From positions 50,988 to 114,987 of the forward strand of contig WRAJ01000002.1 in the NCBI GenBank assembly GCA_009780245.1: 64,000 nucleotides of DNA, read 5' to 3'. The position numbers and the translations under genes were made by a program. The notes below the pieces were generated by a model. It was not told the DNA's origin. It saw nothing but the letters and a program-made list of their open reading frames with translations, and ran no database searches. How positions within the stretch are numbered: position 1 is the first letter of the stretch; each line of letters starts with the position of its first letter. Below are positions 27,420 to 39,237 of this stretch, in pieces. The stretch is from Turicibacter sp. (lineage in GTDB: Bacteria; Bacillota_I; Bacilli_A; MOL361; Turicibacteraceae).

Positions 27420-30400
27420 TTAAGAATCGAATAATCGAAGTAACATTCTAGTCAACGGAGCGCTTAAAAAAGGAGGTAATGGCGGTAGCGGTGGAATCGG
27501 TGGAACGCCTGGGATTGGTGGCCCTGGAATCGGAGGAATGCCCGGTATGTCTGGCAGTCCTGGTAAGCCTGGGATCCCAGGAATTCCCGGTACTCCTGGC
27601 ACACCTGGAATCTCAGGTAAACTCGGAATCTCAGGGATGCCTGGTAAACCTGGTCTTTCTGGTACCTCTTGCTCTGTGGCGACCACAAATGACAATTCAC
27701 TCACGTTTAGTCCTGACCAAACGTGCTGATTTCTTGTTTCTGCATAAGCGTCACCTAATAAGCCAGGTGCATAAGCCAGACGAGCTGCTAGGTTCAAATA
27801 CGCGTTAAGTGCTTCATCTGCTGTTAGGAAACCATTAACCGCAAACACAGGGCTATGCGCTAATGTTCTTGGCTCAACACCTGCAGCGTCCTCTACCGCA
27901 TCTACGACACCTGGGAGGTTACGGAATGGCAAGTTGCGTACAGGAATACTACTGAATAGTCGATCTGTCGCCGGCACAACACTGTAATTGTCAATGGCGA
28001 AAATCGTTACTTCTGTTTCACCATCTAAATCGGTTAATTCAATTTCGAAATAACCGTCAGCATCGATCGTGATACGAGTAGCCTCTTCATCACCAATTTG
28101 CGCAAACACAGCAAGGTTATGTTGTGTACTGACAGCTCTTTGTGGTGCCTCTGCACGCCAAATATCAAATGTCACATTAGCTTCTTCAGCCGTTGCTACC
28201 CACTCATCAAAGGCATTTCCTACTAGTGTGACGTCTGAGTCTGTGACAACAATTGTCGCACCGTTTTCAACGATCTGGTCATCAATTGAAACGTGAAGCT
28301 CAGGTGCTGTGTTATCGACAGAGAACTCAAACAGCGTATCAAATGTCCATACCCAGTCATTGTGGAACTCGGCTTGGTACACTTCTAAAATGATAACAAA
28401 ATCACCTTCGTCAAGTGTTCGCCAATCAGCACCTTCTGTCCCACGATGAACAAAGTTTCCTTCGCCGATAAGGGCATGGCTAGTTAAATCTCCTCTTTCG
28501 TCTTCACAATGCAGCGGGAAGAACCCTACTGGTAAGTAAAGCCCGTCGAAGATAACCGCACGATGTTGTTGACCTAGTGTCAAACGTGCGCCAGGATTAT
28601 AAGCTGCACCTCCAAAAATCTGATTAGGTCCCGCACCTGCAGGAACTTCATTGCTACCAGCAAATCCAACAAGTGCATCTGCAAACTCATCACTCATCCA
28701 ATTGTTTCGGTTTAAACCTTCAACATCTTCAAAGATCCATGCTCTTGTTGCAAAACTATTATTTGGCGTAAAGAGCAGTCCAAGTTCACTACTTGTGACA
28801 TTTTGTGCCTCATCTCCTGTTGAAATAACAGGTCGGTATAAACTCATATTAGTTAAAACTGGTGCACGTTCTCCCACAACAGCGGCAAATGGTAACACAG
28901 CGACCGTTTCACTACCAGCGGATACATTGATGAATCCTTCGTAGTGTCCAACTGCTGCCGTTACTGGCACCGTCATGGTGACATTAAAGTCTACAGACGA
29001 GTTTGCAGGAACTGTGATTTGACCAACGCTTGTCGGTCCAACACTGGTCACGATAAACACACCGTTGTCCGCAGCTGATTGATTGACTGGGTGATCATAA
29101 TCAATAAACTCAGTTTCAAGTGTATAAGTAATCGCTGCATTGCTATTGTTCACAATCGTTGCCGTTAACGTTCGGTCAATGGTTGTTTCTCGTTGATCTG
29201 GTAAATATCTGTTCACACCACCAAAGCTAAACGAACCTGTTCTGGTTGAGGCAAAGTCAGTCGGCGTTTGATCAAATGGATCTAAGAATGACGCCACACG
29301 TGGATCTAAAAGAACGCGATCATAAGTGACGTAGATAACACTATTGGCGTGAGCAGCTGCATACACATCGGCTTGTCCAGCTCCCGTGTCAAACACACTA
29401 CCGCGGATATTGGCTTGTGTTTGTGCGGCTGCTGTGAAGTGCGGCACATCTAGCCTAATCGCCGTGTTCATTAAACGCACTTTGATTTCTTCATTGCGCC
29501 ACTGTCCACCATTTTCACGGCTGTATTCCACAAGTAAAGCCACAGCACCTGCGATATGCGGTGCAGACATCGACGTTCCACTTGAGCTGGCATAGCCGGT
29601 GCCATGCCAGCGTGGATTAGCTGACCAAACGTTCACACCGTGAGCGCCAATATCTGGCTTGATTTCATAACTCATGCCAATTGGACCACGAGATGAAAAG
29701 TTTGCCAGTCTAACAGCTGGGACAACGATATAAGTACCTGTTAAGTAAAACGTACCATAATCGACATCTGATGCTGCAATTTCTTCTGCTAATGCGAGCC
29801 CTGCAGGGTTCTCAATGTTAAACATTGGCACCCATGCCGCATTTACCCCTTGAGCCGCAGGTGGCGCCTGTCCCGGACCGTTAATGGTTAATACACCAGC
29901 AAGTCCTAAGTGACGAGCTTGAGCTGAAACGTCAACAAAAGGCGATCCACGACGAACTAAGACAAAGGCACCTGCTAACTCATCTAAACCGTAGGCATCA
30001 ACTAATAATTCAAAGTCATTTGCTGTACCAGAACCTGGCTCATCTACTGGACTGCCACTTCCTTCATGGCGCGGCATCACAAAAATACGATTGGTGCCAT
30101 CTTGTGGGAATCCATCCATGTCACTAATTAAGCGTCCATTTTCTACACGAAGAGGTGCCGTGTTATTCGTAACCGGCAGTAGTGGTGCATTTAATTCAGT
30201 GCTCAATCCATTAAAGGTAGCACCAATTGCCTCATAAGCATCGCTCATGGTATCCTGGAACGCAGCAACCGTAATCGCCTTTGTTGCAGGAGCTGGGTCA
30301 GTTGTCGTATAGAAGCCATTCAAACCAGCACCAGAGTTACCAGCCGAAAGGACGAATGTAATTTGATGATCCTCAGAAAGCATCAAGTTATTGATTGCAG

Positions 30401-31757
30401 TCCCTGATACGGCATTGGTGGTCGCTGAGCCACCACCAAGTGACATGTTAACAACATCTGCGCGATCGATATAACTCCACTCAATACCACGCATGATCGT
30501 GGTGACACTGCCGCCACCAGGTCCTAACACGCGGTAAGCGATCATTTGTGCCTCAGGGGCAACACCAAGAATACTGTTGTTACGACCTGTGTCACGACCG
30601 ACAATAGTTCCAGCAACGTGCGTACCATGAGAAGTCGCACCAGCAAGTCCTGATGCCGCATTATGCAGGGGAACAGGTGTCCCAGGGAACGTCTCCATTG
30701 GGTAGTAATGTGGGAAATCGTGCTCAGGAATAATGGTATGGAACCCTTCCATCAAGTTACGCCCGAGGAAACGATAGCCACCGTACCAAATTGGCTCATC
30801 GTCATACTGGAATCCGCGGAAATTATTTGCAGGAGGTGTCACACCAGCTGGCACGCCAGGGAATGGTCCATCAAAGTTTGGATCAAGCGGGTAGCGATCA
30901 TCCGCACTACCTGGTGCTCCAAGCCAACCGATCCATGTTAATGAATCATTCGTCAGGTGATTAGCCCCTCTCGCATGCATCTCTGCTAGCGTTGGGAATG
31001 CCCCTTCAAACGCAGGGTGACGATAGTCAATCCCTGTATCAATGACGGCAACTAGTACACCAGCACCTCTGTAACCAGCATCGTGCATGGCATCAGCGTT
31101 CATTCTCGCACGACCAGGCAACATACCAGGAGGGTTTCTATCTGCTTCGTCTGTTGCGATATGATGCGCAACAGCCTCTTCAAGAACATCCATATCCACT
31201 GGATCTAACTGAATGGTTTCATCAGGAAAAACGGCTCTAACGCTATCAAAAGCCACAAGTGCTTCAACCTGATCAGCAGGCACAACTAGGGATACCCCGT
31301 TAATGGCATAACGGTATTCTTCCTGAATCGTATAAGCCGTCGTTCTTGCACGAGCGCCACCGAATAAATCATCTAGCTCATCTGTAAATAGATCATGTGC
31401 CGTTTCCACATTATTGACAGCTTCATTATAGCTTAAAGCAAGACCTTCATCCATTGCTTCTGCTAGCTGAACTTGAGCAGGTGGTGTTTCAAAAACAACG
31501 ATGACACTAACAGGACTATCGTCATCAGGTAATGCATAATCACCATTAAAACCAATAAGACCTTGATTCAACTCTCTTTCCAAGCGTACTTCATCAAGAA
31601 TATCTGATCTAGCTTCGTCTTCAGCAATGATTGATGCGACATCTTGCTCTTGCACATCGGCATCATTTGCTAATACGCGAACAAATCCGATATCAAGAAT
31701 AAGTATGAAAGCCAAAACGAGTGCTAAAACTTTTTGAAACTTTTTTGCATGGTTCAT
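27420..31757 (-). CDS. Large secreted subtilisin-family (S8) serine protease, lactocepin/C5a-peptidase-like, with Pro-rich C-terminal tail
   Basis: Signal peptide [30 protein letters not shown]. Catalytic triad blocks [29 protein letters not shown]. Start set at ATG 31757 (GGAG 9 nt upstream). No LPXTG motif. Confidence 0.9.
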   Translation of the reverse strand: MNHAKKFQKVLALVLAFILILDIGFVRVLANDADVQEQDVASIIAEDEARSDILDEVRLERELNQGLIGFNGDYALPDDDSPVSVIVVFETPPAQVQLAEAMDEGLALSYNEAVNNVETAHDLFTDELDDLFGGARARTTAYTIQEEYRYAINGVSLVVPADQVEALVAFDSVRAVFPDETIQLDPVDMDVLEEAVAHHIATDEADRNPPGMLPGRARMNADAMHDAGYRGAGVLVAVIDTGIDYRHPAFEGAFPTLAEMHARGANHLTNDSLTWIGWLGAPGSADDRYPLDPNFDGPFPGVPAGVTPPANNFRGFQYDDEPIWYGGYRFLGRNLMEGFHTIIPEHDFPHYYPMETFPGTPVPLHNAASGLAGATSHGTHVAGTIVGRDTGRNNSILGVAPEAQMIAYRVLGPGGGSVTTIMRGIEWSYIDRADVVNMSLGGGSATTNAVSGTAINNLMLSEDHQITFVLSAGNSGAGLNGFYTTTDPAPATKAITVAAFQDTMSDAYEAIGATFNGLSTELNAPLLPVTNNTAPLRVENGRLISDMDGFPQDGTNRIFVMPRHEGSGSPVDEPGSGTANDFELLVDAYGLDELAGAFVLVRRGSPFVDVSAQARHLGLAGVLTINGPGQAPPAAQGVNAAWVPMFNIENPAGLALAEEIAASDVDYGTFYLTGTYIVVPAVRLANFSSRGPIGMSYEIKPDIGAHGVNVWSANPRWHGTGYASSSGTSMSAPHIAGAVALLVEYSRENGGQWRNEEIKVRLMNTAIRLDVPHFTAAAQTQANIRGSVFDTGAGQADVYAAAHANSVIYVTYDRVLLDPRVASFLDPFDQTPTDFASTRTGSFSFGGVNRYLPDQRETTIDRTLTATIVNNSNAAITYTLETEFIDYDHPVNQSAADNGVFIVTSVGPTSVGQITVPANSSVDFNVTMTVPVTAAVGHYEGFINVSAGSETVAVLPFAAVVGERAPVLTNMSLYRPVISTGDEAQNVTSSELGLLFTPNNSFATRAWIFEDVEGLNRNNWMSDEFADALVGFAGSNEVPAGAGPNQIFGGAAYNPGARLTLGQQHRAVIFDGLYLPVGFFPLHCEDERGDLTSHALIGEGNFVHRGTEGADWRTLDEGDFVIILEVYQAEFHNDWVWTFDTLFEFSVDNTAPELHVSIDDQIVENGATIVVTDSDVTLVGNAFDEWVATAEEANVTFDIWRAEAPQRAVSTQHNLAVFAQIGDEEATRITIDADGYFEIELTDLDGETEVTIFAIDNYSVVPATDRLFSSIPVRNLPFRNLPGVVDAVEDAAGVEPRTLAHSPVFAVNGFLTADEALNAYLNLAARLAYAPGLLGDAYAETRNQHVWSGLNVSELSFVVATEQEVPERPGLPGIPEIPSLPEIPGVPGVPGIPGIPGLPGLPDIPGIPPIPGPPIPGVPPIPPLPPLPPFLSAPLTRMLLRLFDS
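27470..27665 (-). repeat. Low-complexity (P-G-[IVL]-P)n coding repeat at the protease C-terminus
   Basis: [60 protein letters not shown]. All alternative frames stay open (ORF-track artefacts 27464..27808). Confidence 0.8.
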
Positions 31758-32041
31758 TCGTAACATCTCCTTTTTGTTATCCGACAATATTATCAAATCT
31801 CATCTAATATAATCAATGGTTTCTACATTTTTTTTAAGGATGATAACGTTCCCAAAGTCGAAATCACCTCAGAGATACACATTCTATTTCTATCGAATGT
31901 CTCTTGCTATTCTGATAGAATTGTTGATTTTAGTCAGAACTAAAGCACTACCTCACATCATTTGAGCACACTTTCTCTATTAAATGCGAATTTATTCGCA
32001 AACTTGTGGTAGATTATTTTCACTTTTTTATCGTTCCACAT

Positions 32042-32072
32042 AAAAAAGTGCCAGTTCTCACCAGCACTTTTC
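32042..32072 (-). terminator. Intrinsic terminator after the aldo/keto reductase gene
   Basis: Minus-strand read: AAAAGTGCTGG-tgagaa-CTGGCACTTTTTT. Confidence 0.6.
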
Positions 32073-32077
32073 AAATT

Positions 32078-32932
32078 TTAAAATTCCACTTCATCTGGAT
32101 TTGAAGCGACTTTCCCCGATCCCTTCAAACCGTCAATCACTGCCATGTCGGCTGCACTCAATTCAAAATCGAATAAATCAATGTTTTCGATGATACGACT
32201 TGTCGTCACGGACTTCGGTAACGGGTTGAACCCTTTTTGCAAGCTCCAACGAATCGCCACCTGCGCCACGCTCTTCCTATACTTCGCCGCCATTTCTTTT
32301 AACGCTGGCACTTCTAACATCGTACCCGTTCCAAGCGGTGAATAAGCTTGCGTTAAAATACCATGCTTTTCGTTATGTGCCACCACGTCTTCTTGGATAT
32401 CGCTCGGGCTTAAATAAATTTGATTCACGTGTGGCTTCACTTTCGCTGTTTCCAATAACGAATCAATGTGATGCGTTCTAAAATTAGAGATCCCGATCGC
32501 ACGCACTAACCCTTGCTCAAGCGCCTCTTCCATGTACTTCCACGCTGCTTGGTTTTTTTCTTGCCAAGAGTCGCGAATCGCGAATGGATTTGGCCAGTGA
32601 ATCAAATAGAGGTCCACGTAATCGAGACCCAATTTTTCTAACGAATCGGCCAGCGCTGCTTTGGCCTCCTCGTACCCATGCGCATCGTTCCATAATTTGG
32701 TTGTCACAAAAAGGTCTTCACGTGGCACACCCGAATTGGCAATGCCGTGTCCAACACCCTCTTCGTTTTTATAAACCGCTGCGGTGTCGATGTGACGGTA
32801 TCCCGCTTTGATCGCATCTAGCACCGCATTTTCAGCTACGTCACCGTCCGGCGTTTGCCACGTTCCGAATCCCACAACCGGAATTTCCACGCCGTTTGCT
32901 AATGTGTAAGTCGAATTAATCGTTAAAGCCAT
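32078..32932 (-). CDS. Aldo/keto reductase (2,5-diketo-D-gluconate reductase / YtbE-YvgN-like)
   Basis: MALTINSTYTLANGVEIPVVGFGTWQ... and LDYVDLYLIHWP motifs. Start moved to ATG 32932 (GGGAG RBS upstream). Confidence 0.9.
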   Translation of the reverse strand: MALTINSTYTLANGVEIPVVGFGTWQTPDGDVAENAVLDAIKAGYRHIDTAAVYKNEEGVGHGIANSGVPREDLFVTTKLWNDAHGYEEAKAALADSLEKLGLDYVDLYLIHWPNPFAIRDSWQEKNQAAWKYMEEALEQGLVRAIGISNFRTHHIDSLLETAKVKPHVNQIYLSPSDIQEDVVAHNEKHGILTQAYSPLGTGTMLEVPALKEMAAKYRKSVAQVAIRWSLQKGFNPLPKSVTTSRIIENIDLFDFELSAADMAVIDGLKGSGKVASNPDEVEF

Positions 32933-33074
32933 CTGAAACACTCCCTTTTCTGTTTTCATCAGTATAGCACACTTTTTTTTACTTAGCCAGAAAAAATTGC
33001 TCACACTTAATCTTAGGTTCACATTTATATATTATGATGGGCAATAATAAAGAGTTGGGAGATTAGGTGTTAAT

Positions 33075-34613
33075 ATGAGGGTAATAAAATTTTTAGTCAC
33101 GCGCTTAAACATTACAATTTTTTTGCTACTACTACAAATCATCGCTCTTTTGTCACTCACGGCGTTTGTTTTTATTAGATGGCCGATTGTTTCCACACTG
33201 GGGACGCTGCTTAGCTTCGTCGTCTTTTTAAACTTGGTCAAAAAAGACAAGCCGTCAGCGTTTAAGTTGACTTGGGTCATTGTCGTCCTCACCTTCTGGC
33301 AAATCGGCGGGATTGTCTACTTGCTTTTCGGGGATAAACGCCCCACGCGCAAAGTTGCCAGTTACGTGGACGAACACGCGTTAATCGCTAAATATTTAGA
33401 CAAGGACGATAACTTGCCCCAGATCGCCTCTGAGAATAACAAGCGCATGTCAAGTATTTTCCAATACATCAAAAACGCCTCTTCTTACCACGCGTATAAA
33501 AAAACGAACACCTCTTACTACGCGTTCGGCGAAGACATGTTTGCGGACATGCTGGCTGATTTGAGAAAAGCTGAAAAATACATTTTCATTGAATATTTCA
33601 TTATTAAAGAGAGTTCGATGTGGGATCAAATTTTAGAAATAATCGTCGCGAAAGTGGCGGACGGTGTGGACGTTCGGTTGATCGTTGATGACTTTGGCTC
33701 GATGAAATTATTTACCAATCGTTACATTCGCGAGCTGCGCGCTAAGGGGATTAAAATCGTTCGGTTTAACCCGCTTAGACCGCAGTTGTTAATGTTTATG
33801 AACAACCGTGACCACCGCAAAATCATTGTGATCGACGGTCACACGGCTTATAACGGCGGTACGAACATTGCCGATGAATACATTAACCTGAAATCGCGCT
33901 TCGGGGTTTGGAAAGACACGGGGATCAGGTTGCGCGGTGAAGCGGTTTGGAGCTTTACCTTGATGTTCATTGAAATGTGGGATTTGTTCTGCGCTGAAAA
34001 AGAGCGCATCAACGACTACGAAGCTTATCGTTATCAAAACGGCCTTGACATTGAGACAGGTTCGGATAATGGTATTGTCATCCCGTTTGGCGACTCACCG
34101 CTTGATAACGAGCAACTGGGCGAGAACGTGTATATTGATATGTTAAACCAAGCGGTCGATTACGTTTATATTTTCACCCCGTATTTAATCATTAGCGAAA
34201 GCATGATTTACGCCCTACAGATGGCGGCCAAACGAGGCGTTGATGTGCGGATCGTGACACCGGGAATTCCAGATAAAAAACTAGTCTTTCGTTTAACCCG
34301 TTCGTACTACCGTTTCTTGCTTGAATCCGGTGTTAAAATTTACGAATACACCCCGGGGTTCATGCACGCCAAGAGCTTCGTTTGCGACGATAAAATTGCC
34401 GTTGTTGGAACCATCAACTTAGACTATCGGAGCTTATACTTGCACTTTGAATGCGCGACTTTGCTGTATGATGCCGCGGTAATTGATGAGATTAAACTAG
34501 ACTGCTTGCGTTCCATTGGGGTAAGTGAGGAAGTGACAGTCAGAGAAACACGCATGCCATTGCTGGGCCGTTTTGTCGATGCCGTCCTTCATTTATTTGC
34601 GCCGTTGATGTAA
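33075..34613 (+). CDS. cls: Cardiolipin synthase (PLD superfamily, two HKD motifs)
   Basis: HRKIIVIDG...N and HAKSFVCDD...N motifs, two N-terminal TM helices. Confidence 0.9.
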   Translation: MRVIKFLVTRLNITIFLLLLQIIALLSLTAFVFIRWPIVSTLGTLLSFVVFLNLVKKDKPSAFKLTWVIVVLTFWQIGGIVYLLFGDKRPTRKVASYVDEHALIAKYLDKDDNLPQIASENNKRMSSIFQYIKNASSYHAYKKTNTSYYAFGEDMFADMLADLRKAEKYIFIEYFIIKESSMWDQILEIIVAKVADGVDVRLIVDDFGSMKLFTNRYIRELRAKGIKIVRFNPLRPQLLMFMNNRDHRKIIVIDGHTAYNGGTNIADEYINLKSRFGVWKDTGIRLRGEAVWSFTLMFIEMWDLFCAEKERINDYEAYRYQNGLDIETGSDNGIVIPFGDSPLDNEQLGENVYIDMLNQAVDYVYIFTPYLIISESMIYALQMAAKRGVDVRIVTPGIPDKKLVFRLTRSYYRFLLESGVKIYEYTPGFMHAKSFVCDDKIAVVGTINLDYRSLYLHFECATLLYDAAVIDEIKLDCLRSIGVSEEVTVRETRMPLLGRFVDAVLHLFAPLM

Positions 34614-34649
34614 AAACCGGAAGCTACTTTGCGTATGCTCCCGGTTTTT
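34613..34649 (+). terminator. Intrinsic terminator after cls
   Basis: AAAACCGGAAGC-12 nt-GCTCCCGGTTTTT. Confidence 0.6.
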
Positions 34650-34661
34650 AATAAGCTGTGA

Positions 34662-34784
34662 TCATGACTTTTCTTTTTCTACTGTAGTTTTTTCAAATTG
34701 ATCAATACTTCCACCCATACCGCCAATAATACCAATCAATATCAGAGCTGACCACATTAATAATTTACGCATTTTTTTGTTCAT
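34662..34784 (-). CDS. Possible 40-aa single-pass membrane peptide
   Basis: Hand translation: MNKKMRKLLMWSALILIGIIGGMGGSIDQFEKTTVEKEKS. Weak RBS (AGGG). Not in the ORF track. Confidence 0.3.
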   Translation of the reverse strand: MNKKMRKLLMWSALILIGIIGGMGGSIDQFEKTTVEKEKS

Positions 34785-34856
34785 TGAATTTCCAACCCTT
34801 TCTAGAATTTTTCAGCCAGATGTGAAAATTACACTAATTGCCCGTAGATTGACGAA

Positions 34857-35127
34857 TCATCTATAGAAATTTATTACCCTTGATACTACTTGAACATTAA
34901 CTATGCTTCCCATACAGCTTGTGGCAGTACAAGATACTCTATTAGTCCATCTAACTGTATAACGATTATTATCTCCTGCAGAACCCCACCAATTAATAAC
35001 AGCCCTTCTGGCAGCAGCCTCTAAATTTTGAGATGGTGGAAATGTTCTTGCCACAAACCCATTTAATGTAGAGCCTCTAAAGCTAGACGTAAAGGTAGTA
35101 TTGGTAATAGTATAGCTAGTTGAAAAC
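34857..35127 (-). pseudogene. Start-less C-terminal gene remnant in an AT-rich spacer
   Basis: The frame is open from an upstream stop: FSTSYTITNTTFTSSFRGSTLNGFVARTFPPSQNLEAAARRAVINWWGSAGDNNRYTVRWTNRVSCTATSCMGSIVNVQVVSRVINFYR. No ATG or RBS upstream; the ORF-track call begins at an internal GTG. Family not recognised. Confidence 0.25.
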
Positions 35128-35395
35128 TAGCTCAAATTATAGAATGTTAATTTCTATGATATTTCTCTTAGAATACAATGGAATTCAATGAATTGCTAAG
35201 AGAGTGGAGATAGCTAACAAAAAATGTATCCAATTGTTTGATAATTTAATTATATCGCATCTTTTAATTAGTTGTCAATCACTATTGATATTTTTTTAAC
35301 TTTAATCTAATAAAAAGTTGATTTGGCATTAACGAGAAAAATCAGTTGGCATCCTGATTAATGTTTTATAACAGGATGTAATGAATTTATCATTG

Positions 35396-35434
35396 AAAAA
35401 TGAGAGCCATCTTTAATAGATGGGTTCTCATTTT
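35396..35434 (-). terminator. Intrinsic terminator at the end of the his operon
   Basis: Minus-strand read: AAAATGAGAACCCATCT-attaa-AGATGGCTCTCATTTTT. The hisC stop lies inside the stem. Confidence 0.65.
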
Positions 35435-36473
35435 AATAGGTCAAGATTTTTCTTCAAGCAGGCGATCACGGTAGTGTTGTCCGCTGTTGTTCCGATGGTA
35501 ATGCGAATACCAAATGGGAACGAGCGGATGATATAGCCTGAATCTAGCACCTTTGCCCCGATCTCCATCCCAAGATTTCGCTTGCTTGGAATAAAGATGA
35601 AATTCGCTTGCGACTCGTAGTAAGGGATGTTATTGGCTTCGAGGAATGCTACATATTGCGCTATCCCTTTGGCATTTTCAGTCAGCGACTTTGCGACAAA
35701 TTTTTGATCATCAAGTGCGGCAATGGCAGCTTCTTGTGCCAGTGTCCCGGTATTAAACGGCAACCGTCCTACTTCTAAATCTTGGATAAAATCGGGATTC
35801 CCGACACCAAAGCCAATACGGAATGAAGCCAGGCCGTAGACTTTGGAGAACGTCCTTAGCACAACTAGGTTCGGGTACTGGCTGATCAGTTTTAATGTCT
35901 CCGGGAAATCTTTAGCTGTCACATATTCCACGTAAGCTTCGTCGACGGCTACCAGCACTTCTTTTGGCGTGCGATCGAGGAAGCTTTTTAAATCCGCTCC
36001 GCCTACGTAAGTGCCAGTCGGGTTGTTAGGGTTGCAAATCCAAATGATTTTGGTTTTGTCGTTGACCGCTTTTAGCATCGCCTCTAATCGTGGGTGCCGT
36101 TTTGTAGCGGGATGTTTTGGATGTCGGCGCCTTCGATGATGGCGTGGTGTTCGTATTGCGGAAACGTCGGATGAGCTTGGATGATGTTGTCACCGGGCAT
36201 GAGGACACTGCGGCTAATCATTTGGATCACTTCATCGCCGCCGGCTCCGAAAATGAGCTGCTTTTGGTCGACTTGCAAAAATTCGGCAACCTTTTCTTTG
36301 AGTTTTGTCGATCCGCCATCCGGGTAGCGGGCAAACGCTGTGAAATTCGTTAACACCTCATTCACCTTCGGCGAGGCACCAAACGGATTCTCATTGGACG
36401 ATAATTTCACACCCCCTTTGGATTTTCCTGGTACATACATCTGTAACTTCTTCATTTGCGGTTTTACGTACAT
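35428..36473 (-). pseudogene. hisC: Histidinol-phosphate aminotransferase, interrupted by a 1-nt frameshift (or a sequencing error)
   Basis: Two abutting ORFs, 36084..36524 (N-terminal part, ...IPLQNGTHD*) and 35428..36078 (MLKAVNDKTKIIWICNPNNPTGT...). The DNA reads CAC GAT TAG AGG CGA TGC; one extra T would give H-D-L-E-A-M-L-K-A-V and a continuous HisC. Start at MYVKPQ (AAAGGAGG RBS upstream). Confidence 0.8.
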
Positions 36474-36567
36474 CGTTGTGGACCTCCTTTTATTAATAGC
36501 AATTATGAAAGTGTCGTTTATCATGTGTTTTTCTCAAAAAAATGACACTTTACTCTGTTCACTTTCT

Positions 36568-37179
36568 TTAATACTTGCCTTCGGTGCGACCTTTTAGCGC
36601 CTCGCGAATCTCATCAACCGTTACGCCCTTCTCCGCCATTAAAACTAGCGTGTGATACACCAGGTCGCTAATCTCATACACCAGCTCGGACGTATCCTCG
36701 TTTTTCGCCGCGATAATAATCTCCGCCGATTCCTCCCCGACCTTCTTCAAAATTTTATCGATGCCTTCGTTAAATAAATACGTCGTATACGAACCTTCTT
36801 TCGGCTCGGCTTTCCTCGCAGCAATCGTGTCCACCAGCTGATCCACAATCGACCCACCAGCTTCCGCCCCCTCAAAGCACGACCAACTCCCCGTGTGACA
36901 AGCCACGCCCGCCTGCTCCACCATCACGAGCAACGCATCCTTATCACAATCAAACGTCAGCGACTTCACCTTCTGCACATGCCCCGACGTCGCCCCTTTC
37001 TGCCACAACTCTTGCCGCGACCGGCTATAATAAGTCGCAAATCCCGTTTCCATCGTCGCTGCAATCGAATCCGCATTCATATAAGCCAACATCAAAACAT
37101 CTTTCGTAAAAACATCTTGCACAACCGCCGGTATCAGACCGTCAGCATTAAATTTAAGTTCCTCTATCTTCAATTTCAC
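36568..37179 (-). CDS. hisIE: Bifunctional phosphoribosyl-AMP cyclohydrolase / phosphoribosyl-ATP pyrophosphatase
   Basis: 203 aa. ...GLIPAVVQD...[16 protein letters not shown] plus a C-terminal HisE helix bundle. Position in the his operon. Confidence 0.9.
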   Translation of the reverse strand: MKLKIEELKFNADGLIPAVVQDVFTKDVLMLAYMNADSIAATMETGFATYYSRSRQELWQKGATSGHVQKVKSLTFDCDKDALLVMVEQAGVACHTGSWSCFEGAEAGGSIVDQLVDTIAARKAEPKEGSYTTYLFNEGIDKILKKVGEESAEIIIAAKNEDTSELVYEISDLVYHTLVLMAEKGVTVDEIREALKGRTEGKY

Positions 37180-37934
37180 GTTCGGATCACTACTCCTTTT
37201 TCAGCTAAATACGCCTTCAATTCAGCGATGGGGATGTCACCAAAATGAAACACACTCGCCGCTAAAACCCCGTCGACATTCGCATCACGAATTGCTTCGT
37301 AAAAATGTTCCTTAGTCCCCGCACCGCCCGATGCAATGACCGGCACATTGACGGCATCGGTAATCATTTTTAATAAGACCGTGTCATACCCGTTTTTCAT
37401 GCCGTCCTCGTCAATGCTATTCACCACAATCTCACCAGCGCCCAAACAGACACCTTCCTGAGCCCACGAGACTGCCTCAAGGTCTGTCTCCGTCCGACCC
37501 CCGTTAATGTAAATCTTATAAATACCTTGCTCGTTTTTCTTCGCATCCAGCGATAGCACCACGCACTGTGAACCGAATTTCTCCGCTGCTTCTTTGATTA
37601 ATTGCGGATTGGTTACCGCGGCGGAATTGACCGAGACTTTATCGGCCCCTTTGTTCAGCACGGTTGTGAAATCAGCGATGGTTCTGATGCCACCACCGAC
37701 GCAAAACGGGATGCGCAATTTTGCCGCAACCTTCTCAACGAAGCCGAGGGAAATGTCGCGCGCTTCGTTAGAGGCCGTGATGTCATAGAAAACTAATTCA
37801 TCCGCGCCGTTGTTACTATAAAATTCACCGAGATCCTCCGGTGAATCAACGTCCACGATGTCCTTGAATTTCTTACCCTTAACAACGCGACCGTTGCGCA
37901 CATCTAAACAGGGGATTATTCGTCTTGCAAGCAT
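37176..37934 (-). CDS. hisF: Imidazole glycerol phosphate synthase cyclase subunit
   Basis: [20 protein letters not shown]... Start moved from 38036 to 37934. Confidence 0.9.
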   Translation of the reverse strand: MLARRIIPCLDVRNGRVVKGKKFKDIVDVDSPEDLGEFYSNNGADELVFYDITASNEARDISLGFVEKVAAKLRIPFCVGGGIRTIADFTTVLNKGADKVSVNSAAVTNPQLIKEAAEKFGSQCVVLSLDAKKNEQGIYKIYINGGRTETDLEAVSWAQEGVCLGAGEIVVNSIDEDGMKNGYDTVLLKMITDAVNVPVIASGGAGTKEHFYEAIRDANVDGVLAASVFHFGDIPIAELKAYLAEKGVVIRT

Positions 37935-38635
37935 AATAGGGCCTCCTCTAATGTAAACGCGCCTTCGTATAAAGACTTTCCTAAAATAGCACCGTGCACC
38001 CCGATCGCGGCTAGTCGTTTCACGTCTTCTAAACAACTGACCCCACCGGAAGCGATGATGTGCAGTTTCGTGTCTTGGACGAGCTTTTCGTAAGCTTCAA
38101 AGTTCGGGCCTTGCATCATCCCGTCTTTCGCGATGTCCGTATAGACGATCGTTTGCACGCCGATTTCTGCCAGCTCTTGGCAAAATTCAAACGAGTCAAC
38201 GCCTGAGTCAGTTAGCCAACCGTGCGTCGCAACTTTCCCGTTTTTCGCATCCACCCCAATACAGATTTTCTCACCGTAAGTCGCAACCAACTCAGCAACA
38301 AAATCAGGGTTCCCGACAGCAGCACTTCCGATGATTACACGGTCCAATCCGGCATCAAGCCATGATTTTACGTTCTGTACGGTTCGAATCCCTCCGCCTA
38401 ATTGCACGTTAAGACTTGTTTTTGTAATAATCTCACGGATAATCCCCACATTTTCCGATACTCCGTCCTTCGCCCCATCAAGGTCAACCACGTGTAACCA
38501 CGCGCTACCTGCTGCTTGAAACTGCTGCGCCACCTCAAGCGGATTGTTGTGATAAATCGTTTGCTGATTAAAATCCCCTTGCGACAAACGCACCGCCTGT
38601 TTATCTTTAATGTCTATTGCTGGGAAAAGTTTCAT
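37916..38635 (-). CDS. hisA: ProFAR isomerase
   Basis: [22 protein letters not shown]... Confidence 0.9.
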   Translation of the reverse strand: MKLFPAIDIKDKQAVRLSQGDFNQQTIYHNNPLEVAQQFQAAGSAWLHVVDLDGAKDGVSENVGIIREIITKTSLNVQLGGGIRTVQNVKSWLDAGLDRVIIGSAAVGNPDFVAELVATYGEKICIGVDAKNGKVATHGWLTDSGVDSFEFCQELAEIGVQTIVYTDIAKDGMMQGPNFEAYEKLVQDTKLHIIASGGVSCLEDVKRLAAIGVHGAILGKSLYEGAFTLEEALLCLQDE

Positions 38636-39237
38636 ATCGCCAACTCCTTAAATGCTCTCAGTAAATTCAGGCCCGCCTCGCTGCTTTTTTCGGGATGAAA
38701 TTGCATGCCAATGATGTTGTCACGACGAATAATCCCTGGAATTTCAATCCCATAAAGGCTCGTTGCGACAATGTTTTCCGGCTTTGTTTCAACATAGTAA
38801 GAATGCACGTAGTAAACATAATCACCCGGGTTATTGTAGGTCACGATACCGTCTTCTTTTTTAACATCCAAACTGTTCCACCCCATGTGCGGAATTTTCA
38901 CGGTAGCGGGAATGGGTTTCACCGTTCCTTTTATCAATCCTAGCCCGGCACAATAGCCGTTTTCAACACTTTCATCAAATAGCAATTGCATCCCGAGACA
39001 AATCCCAATAAACGGCACCCCTTCCGCTGCTTTCTGCTTCAACAGGTCAACTAAATCACGTTTTTCCAATTCCGCCATCGCCGCCGCAAAAGCACCAACC
39101 CCTGGCAGTACAATCTTCGTTGCCGCCGCAATCACTTTTTTGTCGCCGCTAAACGTATAAGCCATCCCAATCGCATCAAACGCCGAAGTCAACGAGCCGA
39201 TATTACCAACGCCATAATCAATGATCACCGTACTCAT
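38632..39237 (-). CDS. hisH: Imidazole glycerol phosphate synthase glutaminase subunit
   Basis: IIDYGVGNIGSL, PGVGAF, GICLGMQLL (catalytic Cys), FHPEKS. Confidence 0.9.
   Translation of the reverse strand: MSTVIIDYGVGNIGSLTSAFDAIGMAYTFSGDKKVIAAATKIVLPGVGAFAAAMAELEKRDLVDLLKQKAAEGVPFIGICLGMQLLFDESVENGYCAGLGLIKGTVKPIPATVKIPHMGWNSLDVKKEDGIVTYNNPGDYVYYVHSYYVETKPENIVATSLYGIEIPGIIRRDNIIGMQFHPEKSSEAGLNLLRAFKELAI

Noticed and set aside
27470-27665. Collagen-like triple-helix region in the S8 protease tail
   Set aside because: The period-3 tract is x-I/V-P with Gly missing from many third positions (EIP, SLP, DIP, PIP). It is better described as a proline-rich spacer.
31985-32000. Palindrome TGCGAAT-TT-ATTCGCA upstream of the protease gene as an operator
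   Set aside because: It is a plausible transcription-factor site, but it is a single 7-bp inverted repeat about 230 nt from the start codon with no second copy in the window. Too little evidence to report as a finding.
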